From NCBI GenBank assembly GCA_951406725.2, contig OX597826.1, positions 56,730,001 to 56,794,000 on the forward strand: a stretch of DNA of 64,000 nt. The letters run 5' to 3'. The position numbers and the translations under genes are program-made. This stretch comes from Octopus vulgaris. Lineage: Eukaryota. Every line of letters begins with the position of its first letter. The first letter of the stretch is position 1. Under the pieces are notes generated by a model. That model was not told the DNA's origin, made no database searches, and saw nothing but the letters and a program-made list of their open reading frames with translations. Shown piece after piece: positions 52,532 through 64,000 of this stretch.

Positions 52532-52979
52532 CATAAATGACAAACTCACACACATATGTATATGCATGGATATACACACATTTTTGTAGATTTCACTACA
52601 GTGCAATACATTTTTAAAATGAAAACATACAAAAACATAACAATTTATCAAGGCTGTCACACCTCAATATTTCATCTATTCTATAAAACTGTTTACAACA
52701 ACAGCAGCACCAGCAACAGCAGCAGCGGTGGAAGTTTCCACCAACACCACCATGGATGCCACCCCACCTCTCTTTCTCTCTTTGTTTCTCTCTCTCTCTC
52801 TCTCTCCTTTTCCACACCCTGCAAACACTTAAAGTCTGATACAATTTTAAAATCAACATTTGACTTGAGAACTTACCAACATATTTCACTAGCAAAACTA
52901 AGAAGCAATGTTCTCTGTATTTGTAGCTTGGGAAAGGAGCGGGGGTAGAGAGGAGAGGAGAGGCAAGAGAGGAAAAATA

Positions 52980-52980
<1 letters not shown>

Positions 52981-53026
<46 letters not shown>

Positions 53027-53027
53027 A
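52981..53027. repeat. (AAAT)n microsatellite
   Basis: Read directly. Confidence 0.95.
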
Positions 53028-53546
53028 GCTTTTCATTCTAGACTCTGCCCTCCCCATCACCACCACCACCACCACCTTTTTTTTTATGTTTACTTGCTAG
53101 TTTCTCTTGTTCACTTCTATTGAAGTGTATGTGCAATGATGATGCTAGTAGTAGTAGTAGTGGTGGTGGTGGTGGTGGTAGTGGTGGTGGTGGTGTGTCG
53201 ACTGTGATGGATAGAATCAATAAGCACCAACTCCCACACTCCCATCCAGGATCAACAAAGCTGACAGAAAGAAATACATCCACTACAAAGCATTCTTTTA
53301 CACAGACATTCCTTGCCTTTGCTTTTACAGACAGGGTGGGGCAGGAGATATTTACAATAAATACCTATACAAAGATAAGGGTGGTGGTGGTGGTGGTGGA
53401 GGAGTATCGAAGCACTACAGAGCAATAGGAAGGTGGTATACACTATATTTATAGTAGTACCTATAGTATGGTAGCAGTGAGGTACATGGAGTACACCGAG
53501 GAACTTTCTAACAGTAACCATAGAGAAATGGAAGTAGCTGAGTGTT

Positions 53547-53578
<32 letters not shown>

Positions 53579-53596
53579 GGCTATATATATATATAT

Positions 53597-53995
53597 AGGT
53601 GCAGTGGCTGTGTTGGTACCAAACACATGGTTCTGGGTTCAGTCTCACTGCTTGGCACCTTGGGCAAGTGTCTTCTACTATAGCCTCAGGCCGACCAATG
53701 CCTTGTGAGTGGATTTGGTAGACGGAAAATGAAAGAAGCTCGTCGTATATATGTGTATATATATATGTGTGTGTGTGTGTTTGTGTGTCTGTGTTTGTCC
53801 CCCTAGCATTGCTTGACAACCGATGCTGGTGTGTTTACGTCCCCGTCACTTAGTGGTTCGGCAAAAGAGACCGATAGAATAAGTACTGGGCTTACAAAGA
53901 ATAAGTCCCGGGGTCGATTTGCTCGACTAAAGGCGGTGCTCCAGCATGGCCGCAGTCAAATGACTGAAACAAGTAAAAGAGAAAAGAGTAAGAGT
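53597..53995 (+). mobile_element. SINE family B, full length, young
   Basis: A-box-like tggctgtgttgg, B box gggttcagtctc, internal (TA)/(TG) tract, 3' end gactgaaacaagtaaaagag; near-colinear with 60523-60917(-). Confidence 0.92.
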
Positions 53996-54586
53996 ATATA
54001 TATATATATACATACGTTTGTATTATGTATGTTTTATGTATGTACCTTTCAAGAAATGGAGATGGTGTTAAGGATTATATAATAGTACCCACAGAACAAT
54101 AGAAGAGGGGTGTGACATGTTTTCACAAGACCCTATGTGAAAAGAAAATGAATAATATATTGTTTACAGTCAGGTCTATATAAGAATAAGGCAGCTTAGT
54201 ATATAAAACGTTCATAAGAGAACCTATAGAATATATAATTATAGGATATTTATACAGCAGTCCTTACAATTTGAATCTAAGTACAGCATATGTTATAATG
54301 ATTGACACAAGTTTCATGACTGAAATAAATTAGATAGAAATTACACGGTAGTTCATTGTATAGATTCTATCTGTAATCCAAAGGGCAATATGTCACACAC
54401 ACTGTGATACTGACTCCATAATTCAGCACTGTGTTAAGGGTAGGTGTGTCTGTGGAATACTCAGCCTCTTAAAAGCTTATACAATGAGTGGGTAGTTCAG
54501 CTGAACAACTGAAATACTCATTGTTAATACTCTAGAAGAAAAAAAAAATCACATGAAATATAGGGTAGCAATGACTATAGAAAGAA

Positions 54587-54652
54587 TGTGCAAGGTACAA
54601 TGATGTTCACAGCTGTAGCTGTGCAAGACACAATGATGTTTACAGCTGTGGT
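54587..54652. repeat. 33-bp tandem duplication
   Basis: tgtgcaaggtacaatgatgttcacagctgtagc / tgtgcaagacacaatgatgtttacagctgtggt. Confidence 0.85.
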
Positions 54653-55376
54653 TAAAAGTAAAAGGATTGTGGCGCAATGAATATTTATAGCCAGAGAAAT
54701 ACCCAGAGGAAGAGAAGAGGGTGGGTTGTTATTGTTATTAGCAGGGAGTGTAGAAAAAAAGATTAAAAGTAGTGTAGAAAGTAGTTTAATCCCAGATCGG
54801 CTCTGATCAAATGCACTTCAGTTATGGCCACCCTGTCTCTTATGGAGCCTTTTAGGACTATTTATTCAGTGTCTTCTTTATATATATATATATATATATA
54901 ACACAGAGTAAGTTAGGGGTTATGGGTGTAACTCACTAAGGGATAGTATTTATCCATGGAGAGAGTGAGAGAGAGAGAGAAATACGACAGAATGTGAGTA
55001 GAAGAAGATTTGGCTCCTATTCCCAACAAGTTGAGCAACTGCATTGAAACTCTTTCACTAGCTCAAAGTAAGAGAATCTTTACATAAAATTTATCAACTG
55101 AGAAGGAATGAAGTAACATAAGTAAGTAGTCTTGTTATAAGCAATGGCTTAACAAATTAGCCACAGTCACTGTAATGTGTGTGTCATCAGATGACTGGTT
55201 CCTATATAGCTGGGGAATTAATCTTTTTAAAATTTTTTTTTTATGGTGGGGTTATAGTTAATTAATCAACCATAGTACTTAACTAGCACATTATTTTATT
55301 GACCCTAAGTTGCATGGAAGACAAAGTTGAGTTCAGCAGAACTTTGAAAGGAAAACTAAATACTGTTAGGCATCTT

Positions 55377-55596
55377 TGCCAGAAACGTTAGCACGCCAGG
55401 CGAAATGCGTAGCCGTATTTCGTCTGTTGTTACGTTCTGAGTTCAAATTCCGCCGAGGTCGACTTTGCCTTTCATTCTTTCGGGGTCGATAAATAAAGTA
55501 CCAGTTTCCCACTGGGGTCTATGTTATCGACTTAATCCTTTGTCTGTTCTTGTGTGTCCTCTCTATGTTTAGCCCCTTGTGGGCAGTAAAGAAATA
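55377..55596 (+). mobile_element. SINE family A, inserted into an older antisense family A relative (~55262-55611)
   Basis: Full centre and 3' end present; upstream ttattttattgaccc...gacaaagttga is a decayed minus-strand copy. Confidence 0.9.
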
Positions 55597-58544
55597 CATT
55601 TTACCAATTCTGGGGATCCATAAACATGAAGATATTATCCATCAGCTATTTAGAAGGTTCTTTTTCGGAAAAGACCAAAGTCAGTAAGATGAGTGCCCTT
55701 AATGATAATTTCTTAACTCACTTCATTTATCCTTTAAGAAAGAAAGGCTTTAATATCATTCAATCTCATTCTGGTAACCCCTACAAATGTGTGACCGCCT
55801 GTTATATAAGAAAGCATACGTATGGCAGTGGAACATTTGGAGAACAGAATATATTTGTATGTCTGAAAGAGCAATGTGTATGTGTCTGAAAGTAAGAGAG
55901 TGTGCGTATTTTCATATGTATCCTTAAAATACGATGTTCTTCATTTGCCATAACTTTTAATCCTTCAAGCTTAGGTGTGAACGGTTTTACCATTAATCCA
56001 TCATAAAGCTCACAAGAAGAACCTTTAATCTTCAGCTTTCTAAAAGAAAGTTTCAAATTGACAAGGCCACGCGAATACTCAGTGTACATTCACACACACA
56101 CACACACACACAGAGAGAATGTGAGTCAAAAGTAACTGGTGATGGAGTAACCGGAGTGATGGAAGCTGGGTGGGGGCTGAGGTATTTGAATAAGGGTTTA
56201 GGATGGCATGGAGATCATAGCAGAAGAATGGCGGGTGCATGGAAGGGTATCTATCATGAGCTGAGTAGACAAAACTGAAAGACTCCTGAAAGTAGGGAAA
56301 GGCGTAAGAAAAGGTGGGGAATAGGGTCTGATATTGGTAAGAAGTAAAACGTAGGGGAAAGAATAGAAGATGCAGAACATATATTTCAAGAGTAGGACAA
56401 AAAAAAAAAAAGAAAGAGGGGGCAGTGATGAAGAGGGAAAATTTGTGGTGGAGGTGGATCCTCTCCAACTTATCATTCCCCTACTCCCATCATCTCCTCA
56501 CGCGTGCCTTAGGCTGCTTATATTGGATAATGAAACACGCAGAGGAGATTTGTCACTTCTTTGACTGCTAACGATTTGTATTGACAGCTGCTAAGGACAG
56601 CTTTCCATTCAAGATCTATAACTCAGAATATATACACACACACAAACACACCCATATATATATATATATATATATATATACATTGACATGCATACTCATG
56701 CATGTGTGTATGCATGACATAAAAAGAACAGCTTTATACAACTGACAAGTTTGTGAAATTATTAGGGTTGAAATCAAGATCGTCTACTGATTAGACACAC
56801 TCATACACGCATGCATGCATGCAAACACACACACACACAGTCACACATGACAAACTGACACATACACCATTATGCATGGCAACAATAGAATCATTTGTAA
56901 GAGATTTACGAAAACTGCAAGTTTATACATGTATGTATACATATAGATATACATATACATGTGCAAACTTTCCACTATGTATGTATGTGTGTATGTGTGA
57001 GTGTGTGTGTGGGCATGTATGGAGGAGTAGTAATTGATTAAATTAAACCCCAGTATATGACTGGTCTTATTTTATTGACTCTAGAAGGATGAAGGGCAAA
57101 TCTAATTGGATTTGAATTGAGGATATTAGAGAAGTGGTCTTGAAAATAAGGAAGGATTTAGTGGACATTCTCCAACTACTATCGTCTTATAATCTACCAC
57201 CCTCAACATTGGTAAGTCTAAACTATATTAAATAAATTCAATTATTGGTTTTAAGGGCAACCTATGACAAGACTAAAGGGGCTAGAAGGCAAAGAGCTCA
57301 AACTTAACTGTAGGTTGTATGAATTTCATTTCAAAACTACAAGGTTTCTGGTTCAGTTCCACTTTGCATCAGGAAGCAAGAAAATTTTACTGTAGCTTCA
57401 GAAGCCTTGTGAAAAACATTTGGTAGACATAAACAGTAGAAAAGCCTATTGGAAGAGTTGTTGCTGCTCTTGGGTGATAGATTTAATGTCACCCTATTCA
57501 ACACCATTATGATGTCCTTAGATGCTTATACTAGAGTATATTTTGTAAGCATTAAGGTCAGACTGAACTGAGAAAGTCATAAAGGACCTTTAAAGGGGTC
57601 ACAAACATAGTCATTTATTCCTCACTAAGTCATTAAAATGTATTGTGCTAATGACCCAGTTGCATCAATTAATAATCTTATTAGCTCAATGTCTTGGGAT
57701 GACAAGTACCATTCTTACTTGGCAATTGAAATATATCAGCAGTGATATAAGACACATGCTGCAATTATATTCCAGTGACCAAAATTCATTAAAACTAACT
57801 CATTAAAGCTGGATTGATTAAAAAAGTAAAAAGAATGAAAAAAAAAAAAAGACTTTGCAACAAAAGTATAAATTTTTTGAAAAATACATGAATTCAAAAA
57901 TAAAAGTCGTTCTGCTGTCTCCTCAACACAGTTAAAAAAGAATGTAATCTGAGCTTGCCAATTAATGACTTTGTAAATCTATGCAACCTAATAATAAAAG
58001 TGGTTGGGAGGGATAGAAAAGAAGAGAAATTTTTCTCTGAAATTGCATACTCTTGTGATGTTACATAAAATATTTCACTAGCACACATGATGTTAGAGTG
58101 TCATGCAATTCGAACAGAGTGGTATTGACAACACAGTAGTATTGATCACATAGATGGAGTGGTATTGCTGATACCATTGGACTGGCATTGGTGATACTGA
58201 GAGAGTAACTTTTATCGTAAAAGGAACCACATTCGGGGAAGAAGAGCTGAAGTGATGACACGGGGGAGGTGTTGGTTTTAGGGACACAGTGGTAGCTGCA
58301 ACAGAGGTATACTGGTACTGGTGAAATAACTGGAGCAACATTAGAAATATGGAATAACACTGGTGATAGAATCAGTGGAATTAGTGATATGGATAGATCA
58401 GTGTAGTTGATGATGATGGCATTGATAAGAGGGTAGTAATATTTTAGCTATAGAGATGGGAAGATAATGTCGCTGGGAGAAGAACCGAAGAGATGGTGAC
58501 AGAAATGGAGCAACATCATTGTGATAATAAGGAAATTGTGTGTG

Positions 58545-58547
<3 letters not shown>

Positions 58548-58637
<90 letters not shown>
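58548..58637. repeat. (GA)n microsatellite, ~90 bp
   Basis: Read directly. Confidence 0.95.
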
Positions 58638-59847
58638 TGATATGAAAAAATATCTAACAAGAATAAACAAAATGCAGCAAGAAATAAAACAAATGGATTT
58701 TGAAAACAAAAAGGAAAAAAAAAAACAGAAAAAGACTAGTAATGACTGACATGTGATGGTGGAGAGATATGGGGGTAGTTTTTGCCCACCCTGAATCAAA
58801 TGCATCAAATACAGTAAATTAAATCAACTGAACCATTCTGCAACTATTTAAAAAAAAAATGACAATTAATGAATCTGGCTTTGCTTGTGAGGTTTTTATT
58901 ATTGTTGTTGTTGTTGTTGTAGTTGTTACGATGGTGGTGGTGGTGGTGTAATAGCTGTTGTTTAGAGGAGAGAGTAAAGTCAGCATGAATTCATGTCAGT
59001 CTTTGACCACTGCCTGTGAAGACAGAAAGAAATAGAAAACTCTAATTAATAAGATAATTAATGAGAGAGAAAGTGGGGAGGGAAGGAGTTGAAAGAGAGG
59101 CGGACGGATGTGAGATAGAAGCAGAATGAGTGGAGGGAGAGAGAGTGCGGGAGGGGAGAGTGTGTGTGTGGGGTGGGTGGAGAGAGAAAGAGATAGTGTG
59201 GCCAAATAGAGAGATATGAGGTAAGAGATAGTGATAAAAGGAGGAGTTGGCAAGAAAGACCGAGATGGCATGGCGGTGATGGTGGCTTACCGAAGTGTAG
59301 TGGTAAAGTAAGGGGAGAGGTGGGGGAGTGAAAAAGAGAAAGGAACGGTAGTAGTGGAAGAGACTGCGGTGGTGGGGGAGACTATGGGATTCAAAATTAT
59401 CACTAATGAGCTATAAGACCATTAAAATCCTTCTCAAGTTTGACAGGTCTGTTTGTGTTGTAACAGTTTTAAATATGAAATTAAATTAAGATGTACCTCT
59501 GTTCTGCAGGTGTCAAAAATGGGAAGATAAAGGAGGTGGGTGGCAGAGTATCATGTCAGTTTGGTGGGAGAGACATGTGTGGGTGGAAACAATAAAGGGT
59601 GTGTGTGTGTGTGTGTGTGTATGGAGTAAAACGTTTCATGAGAGAGATTCTGATGCACATTATAACAGCAAACAAAAGCGGTTAGCTGTTTGGGTGCTGT
59701 TTTGTTCGATGATAAGTGGTGTGTGTATGTGAGAGATTAGTTTACGGCTGCAACAATGCTAGAAGTATAACCACAATGTGACACAGGTGAATGAATATAT
59801 ACAGATAATTATTGGTACTTAGATTAAGTATAGTAAGAGATGGACAG

Positions 59848-60060
59848 AGCTGAAAACAAGGCAATTTCTACTCTTCTCCTCTGGAAGCCATCTACTCGCG
59901 ATACTAGAGGGCACACACTCTCCTACCCTGATGTAATCTCCAGGGATACAGGCATCCAGCGTCAGGACCTCCGTAATGCTATGATGGACCGTGAAGTCTG
60001 GCGTAGCATGGTAAATTCCATTGTCTCGACCACGGTCGAACAATGATGATGATGGTGATG
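59848..60060 (+). mobile_element. RTE/RTE-X-type LINE 3' remnant with (TGA)n tail and 12-bp TSD
   Basis: ORF reads AENKAISTLLLWKPSTRDTRGHTLSYPDVISRDTGIQRQDLRNAMMDREVWRSMV (LLWxP...YxDxIxRDTG...AMxDRxxWR pattern); TSD agagatggacag 59836-59847 / agagatggatag 60061-60072. Confidence 0.82.
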
Positions 60061-60491
60061 AGAGATGGATAGCTAGGATGAGCTACCACAACCCTAAAAA
60101 TCAGTTCTGTGTAGCATGAGTAAACTAAAACTAATTTTTTTATTTTGCTAAAGAAACAGCCTCCCATGAGGCTTTGTCATAGCAGTGACACCAGCAAAGT
60201 GTGAAAACTGTTAAAGTGTTTTAGCATTCGAATTATTCAAATTGCTTGCTTAAAATTCAGTATGTGTCAGTTCTGGATTCCAGAGGTTACTGGTGGCTCT
60301 AGCTTCTGTGGTGACTATATGGCAACTGGAGTGAAACCAGTTGTTGCATTATCTCTGATCCTTTCAATCTGACTAAATACTGGTACCTAACTTAAGTGAC
60401 TTGATAGGACTAGAAACCATGTAAGGAGATCAGCTGGTGCTACAAGGTATGAGCTAAAACACAGTAGTCAAATAGCAAAGGTTGTAAAGGT

Positions 60492-60522
<31 letters not shown>

Positions 60523-60525
<3 letters not shown>

Positions 60526-60917
60526 TCTCTCTTTTACTCTTTTATTTGTTTCAGTCATTTGACTGTGGCCATGCTGCAGCACCACCTTTAGTCGAGTAAA
60601 TCGACCCCGGGACTTATTCTTTGTAAGCCCAGTACTTATTCTATCGGTCTCTTTTGCCAAACCGCTAAGTGACGTTGGACATAAACACACCAGCATCGGT
60701 TGTCAAGCAATGCTAGGGGGACAAACACATACATACACATATATATATATATGTACATATATACGACAGGCTTCTTTCAGTTTCCGTCTACCAAATCCAC
60801 TCACAAGGCATTGGTTGGCCCGGGGCTATAGCAGAAGACACTTGCCAAAGACACCACGCAGTGGGACTGAACATGGAACCATGTGGTTGGTTAGCAAGCT
60901 ACTTACCACACAGCCAC
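60523..60917 (-). mobile_element. SINE family B, near full length, young
   Basis: Reverse complement is colinear with 53597-53995. Confidence 0.92.
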
Positions 60918-62724
60918 ATATATATATTTAGTGGGTTAAATGGTAGTATATAAAATAACAGCACACTAAATGCAATAGTTAGAATTCTGGCAAGCTGAAT
61001 GTATAATACCCACTGATAGCATTGTCATCATCATCATCATCATCATAAATTTAATGTCCATTGTCTGATGCTGGCTTTGGTAGAAAAGGCCAGCAAATAC
61101 AACAATAACCCTTACCAGATGTATCTAACCACCATATCAGATCTGACTTCACACTACTGTGAATGCAGAAAAGAAAAGCATGAATGTTGCAACTTCTCCT
61201 TCACTCGTTCAGATATCAAAATTGCTAATCATTCATTGAAATTATACAATATTTGTTATTAAATCAAATTAACTACATTTAATTTGTTTTTGATTTTTGA
61301 TTTTGATTTTTGTTTTGATTTCATTTCAAATTATTTCAAATTGAATATTTTTTTTTTTTGTTTTTTTTTCCTCCCCGATTTTATTTTACTTCTCAAATAT
61401 GTGCAAACCTAATTTGCAAACATAAACCCCAATTCATATTAAATCTATATCGAACCAAAAATTATATTGCTTCTTCCCTCCTACTTAATAAGGGGTTCCA
61501 TGACATGATATTGTCACAATATTTGAAAAGGGACTTTGATTTTTGCTGTTTAGAACTCTCTACTGAGACATGAAAATATTATAGTGGTGGAACAATTTGA
61601 TGACAATAACAAAGATGATGATGATGATGATGATGATGATGAGACTAAAACTATATGCTGTTTCAAGACAGTACTCAAGCCACAAGTACTAACATAATAG
61701 GTACTAACTGACAGTGACGATTAAAAGCGAAAATAAATAAACAAAATATATAAACAAATAAAAGAGTTCATGAAGTAAACATACACACATATACACACCA
61801 CATGAATATACACATACACACACACACACACAAAGTACTTGGAAAAGTAACTTGAATATTGATTGTTGGTGGAGAGAAAAAAAAATCAATTTAAGTATCT
61901 GTTAGTTATAGCAATTATCTTGAGCACTTTGCTTTATATCTAGCCAAAGTCATGTGAGCCAAGACGACATGATATCTATGTCTGTCTGCAGTCAATATTT
62001 TCCGTGTAAAAATTGAAAAATTACCACCAGTTGCCACCCCCAACCCCCACTTTCAACACCAGTCACTTTCCGGTAGTTCTGTCTGGAGAGAACATTTTTT
62101 TGTTTTTTTGGGTTTTTTTTTTTTAAACAATTTTACAATATTTGAAAAAAAAAATACAAAATGAATATTAAAAGAGAAAACAGGAATCAGTAATGAAATA
62201 AATAAATGAAAGCAAAACAAAAAAAAAGAAATAAAGTACCACCACTAATGGCTAATAATAGGAAGATAACCTTGTCCACTAACACTTCCATTTCCTACTA
62301 CTGCCGCTGCTTGCTGTTACTATCAACAATTTTAATCAGGAGTTACAATGATACCATCATCATTATCACCACCACCACACCAGACTCCTCATCAATACTA
62401 TGTGTCTCTTTACTGAACCCTCTTCCAAGAGTCTCATGACAAAAATGTCCACAATAACCCCTTATCTACAACCCACTAATAAATTACAATAATAAAAAAA
62501 AAATTTTTAAATCTAGACAGACAAACTTCATGAAAACTTAACTGATTGTTTGCTATTAAATGTTTGTTACAGCAATACTCTATAACACCTGATGCTGTCT
62601 ATATATGTGGAGAGAGAGAGAGAGAGAGAGGGGGGGGAGATAGTGATTTTCTTCGACATAATAACCATGTGCATATATGAGTGTATGTGAATAATGTGAG
62701 ACTAAATGTAATGATGACGATGAT

Positions 62725-62725
62725 G

Positions 62726-62756
<31 letters not shown>

Positions 62757-62958
62757 GTATGTATGTATATATATATATATATATGTATGTATATGTGTAT
62801 GTATGTATATGTGTATGTGTATGTATGTATATGTGTATGTATGTATATGTATATGTGTATGTATGTATATGTGTATGTGTATGTATGTATGTATGTATAT
62901 GTGTATGTATGTATGTATGTATATGTGTATGTATGTATATGTGTATGTATGTATGTAC
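62725..62958. repeat. Compound (TATG)n/(TG)n array
   Basis: Read directly. Confidence 0.95.
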
Positions 62959-63373
62959 ACACATATACAAATTTACTTATACCATAATCATGTTTACATG
63001 TGTGAAGGACAAGTGTGAAGGACTGTGTGCATGCACATGCATACACACACATACACACACAAATCTATATGTAATCATATTTATATACTTAGATGAGTGT
63101 GCATGATTCTGAATGTGTGTGTTTATCTATTTATCTATGTATCTATACACACACACACACACACATGTATGTACGTGTACGCATACAAATGCATGTATGT
63201 GTGTGAATGTGTTAAAGTTTAGTTAAAGAAATAGTTGTTACAGGAAACCAAAGAAAATAATTAAAGAAACACTGAACATAAAAACAAGTTATTTTGGCAG
63301 CCAGAGGGTTATATATACTTAAATCAGAAGTAACCCTGTAATACTTAGATTACAAAAGGACATGGTTCAAACT

Positions 63374-63611
63374 TTAACCCTGTAGCATTTAAACCGGCTA
63401 TAGTTGGCCCAAATATTCAAATATTCTACGTTTTATGTTCAAACTGACCAAATCCAGTGTCTTACATCTATCCACCCCACAATGTTATTCTAAAAATATG
63501 CAATCACATCATTAAAATCTCTAAGCTACAAGATAATGCTTGATTAATTCAAAATAATGTGAATAAAGAAGCATTGTATTTGAGAAAGTAATTTGAATGC
63601 TAAAGAGTTAA
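63374..63611. mobile_element. piggyBac-type non-autonomous element (MITE)
   Basis: TTAA at 63374-77 and 63608-11; TIRs CCCTGTAGCATT (63378-89) and AATGCTAAAGAG (63596-607) are 10/12 complementary; 230 bp, non-coding. Confidence 0.8.
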
Positions 63612-63964
63612 GCATAGATGGAGGAGAGTATGATAGGGTGGGGTGCACTAGAGAGGGAGAAAATGAAGGAGAGCGAAAATGGCTCGATGCTGTTTAGTAA
63701 GAAGTGAGGGTGGGGCTCCAATATCCCCCCCCCACACACACACACACTGTATGATTTGTTTCTTTCATATTTTCCTTCTTTATTTATGCTTCAGCACTAA
63801 ACATTACCCTTATTTCTTGTTTTTAAATGGAAGAATTTGTGGAAACAGGGTGTTGAGAAAATGAAATCCCAGAAACGCCAACCATTCAGGATAAGTTCTA
63901 CAGATGGTTGTCTGAGATTGCAGTTGGAAAAAAATATAACAAAAATACCAAAGGAGAGGAGGAT

Positions 63965-64000
<36 letters not shown>

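Noticed and set aside
58095-58410. Cryptic periodic tggta(t/c)tg-rich stretch with 82-99 aa minus-strand ORFs
   Set aside because: No stable period or protein motif; looks like decayed simple repeat
63331-63390. miR-10-like seed accctgta(g), twice
   Set aside because: Only the seed matches, no precursor hairpin is evident, and the second hit is the MITE terminal inverted repeat

Overview
AT-rich, very microsatellite-dense animal genomic DNA with no supportable host protein-coding gene, rRNA, tRNA gene or CRISPR array. It reads as a large intron or gene desert. The repeat families and simple-repeat load suggest a coleoid cephalopod, probably Octopus (inference from recalled repeat families, not a database search). 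Nearly all long ORFs in the track are translations of (TA)n, (CA)n, (GA)n or triplet repeats. Supportable content: at least four SINE families (three with visible tRNA-type heads), 3' remnants of CR1-, RTE- and RTE-X-type LINEs, a TTAA piggyBac-type MITE and a perfect 28-bp minisatellite. The most interesting signal is four sequence-unrelated short repeats that each carry a minimal type-I hammerhead-ribozyme-like fold, as known from Penelope-like element termini. One has an intact CUGAAGA/GAAA core inside a 213-bp foldback (24936-25148), and one looks like a G3-C8 core variant (35520-35728). Other oddities: a SINE flanked by a 138-bp direct duplication, a closely spaced inverted SINE pair (candidate ADAR substrate) and a SINE-head/CR1-tail chimera. 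All folds and alignments were done by eye.
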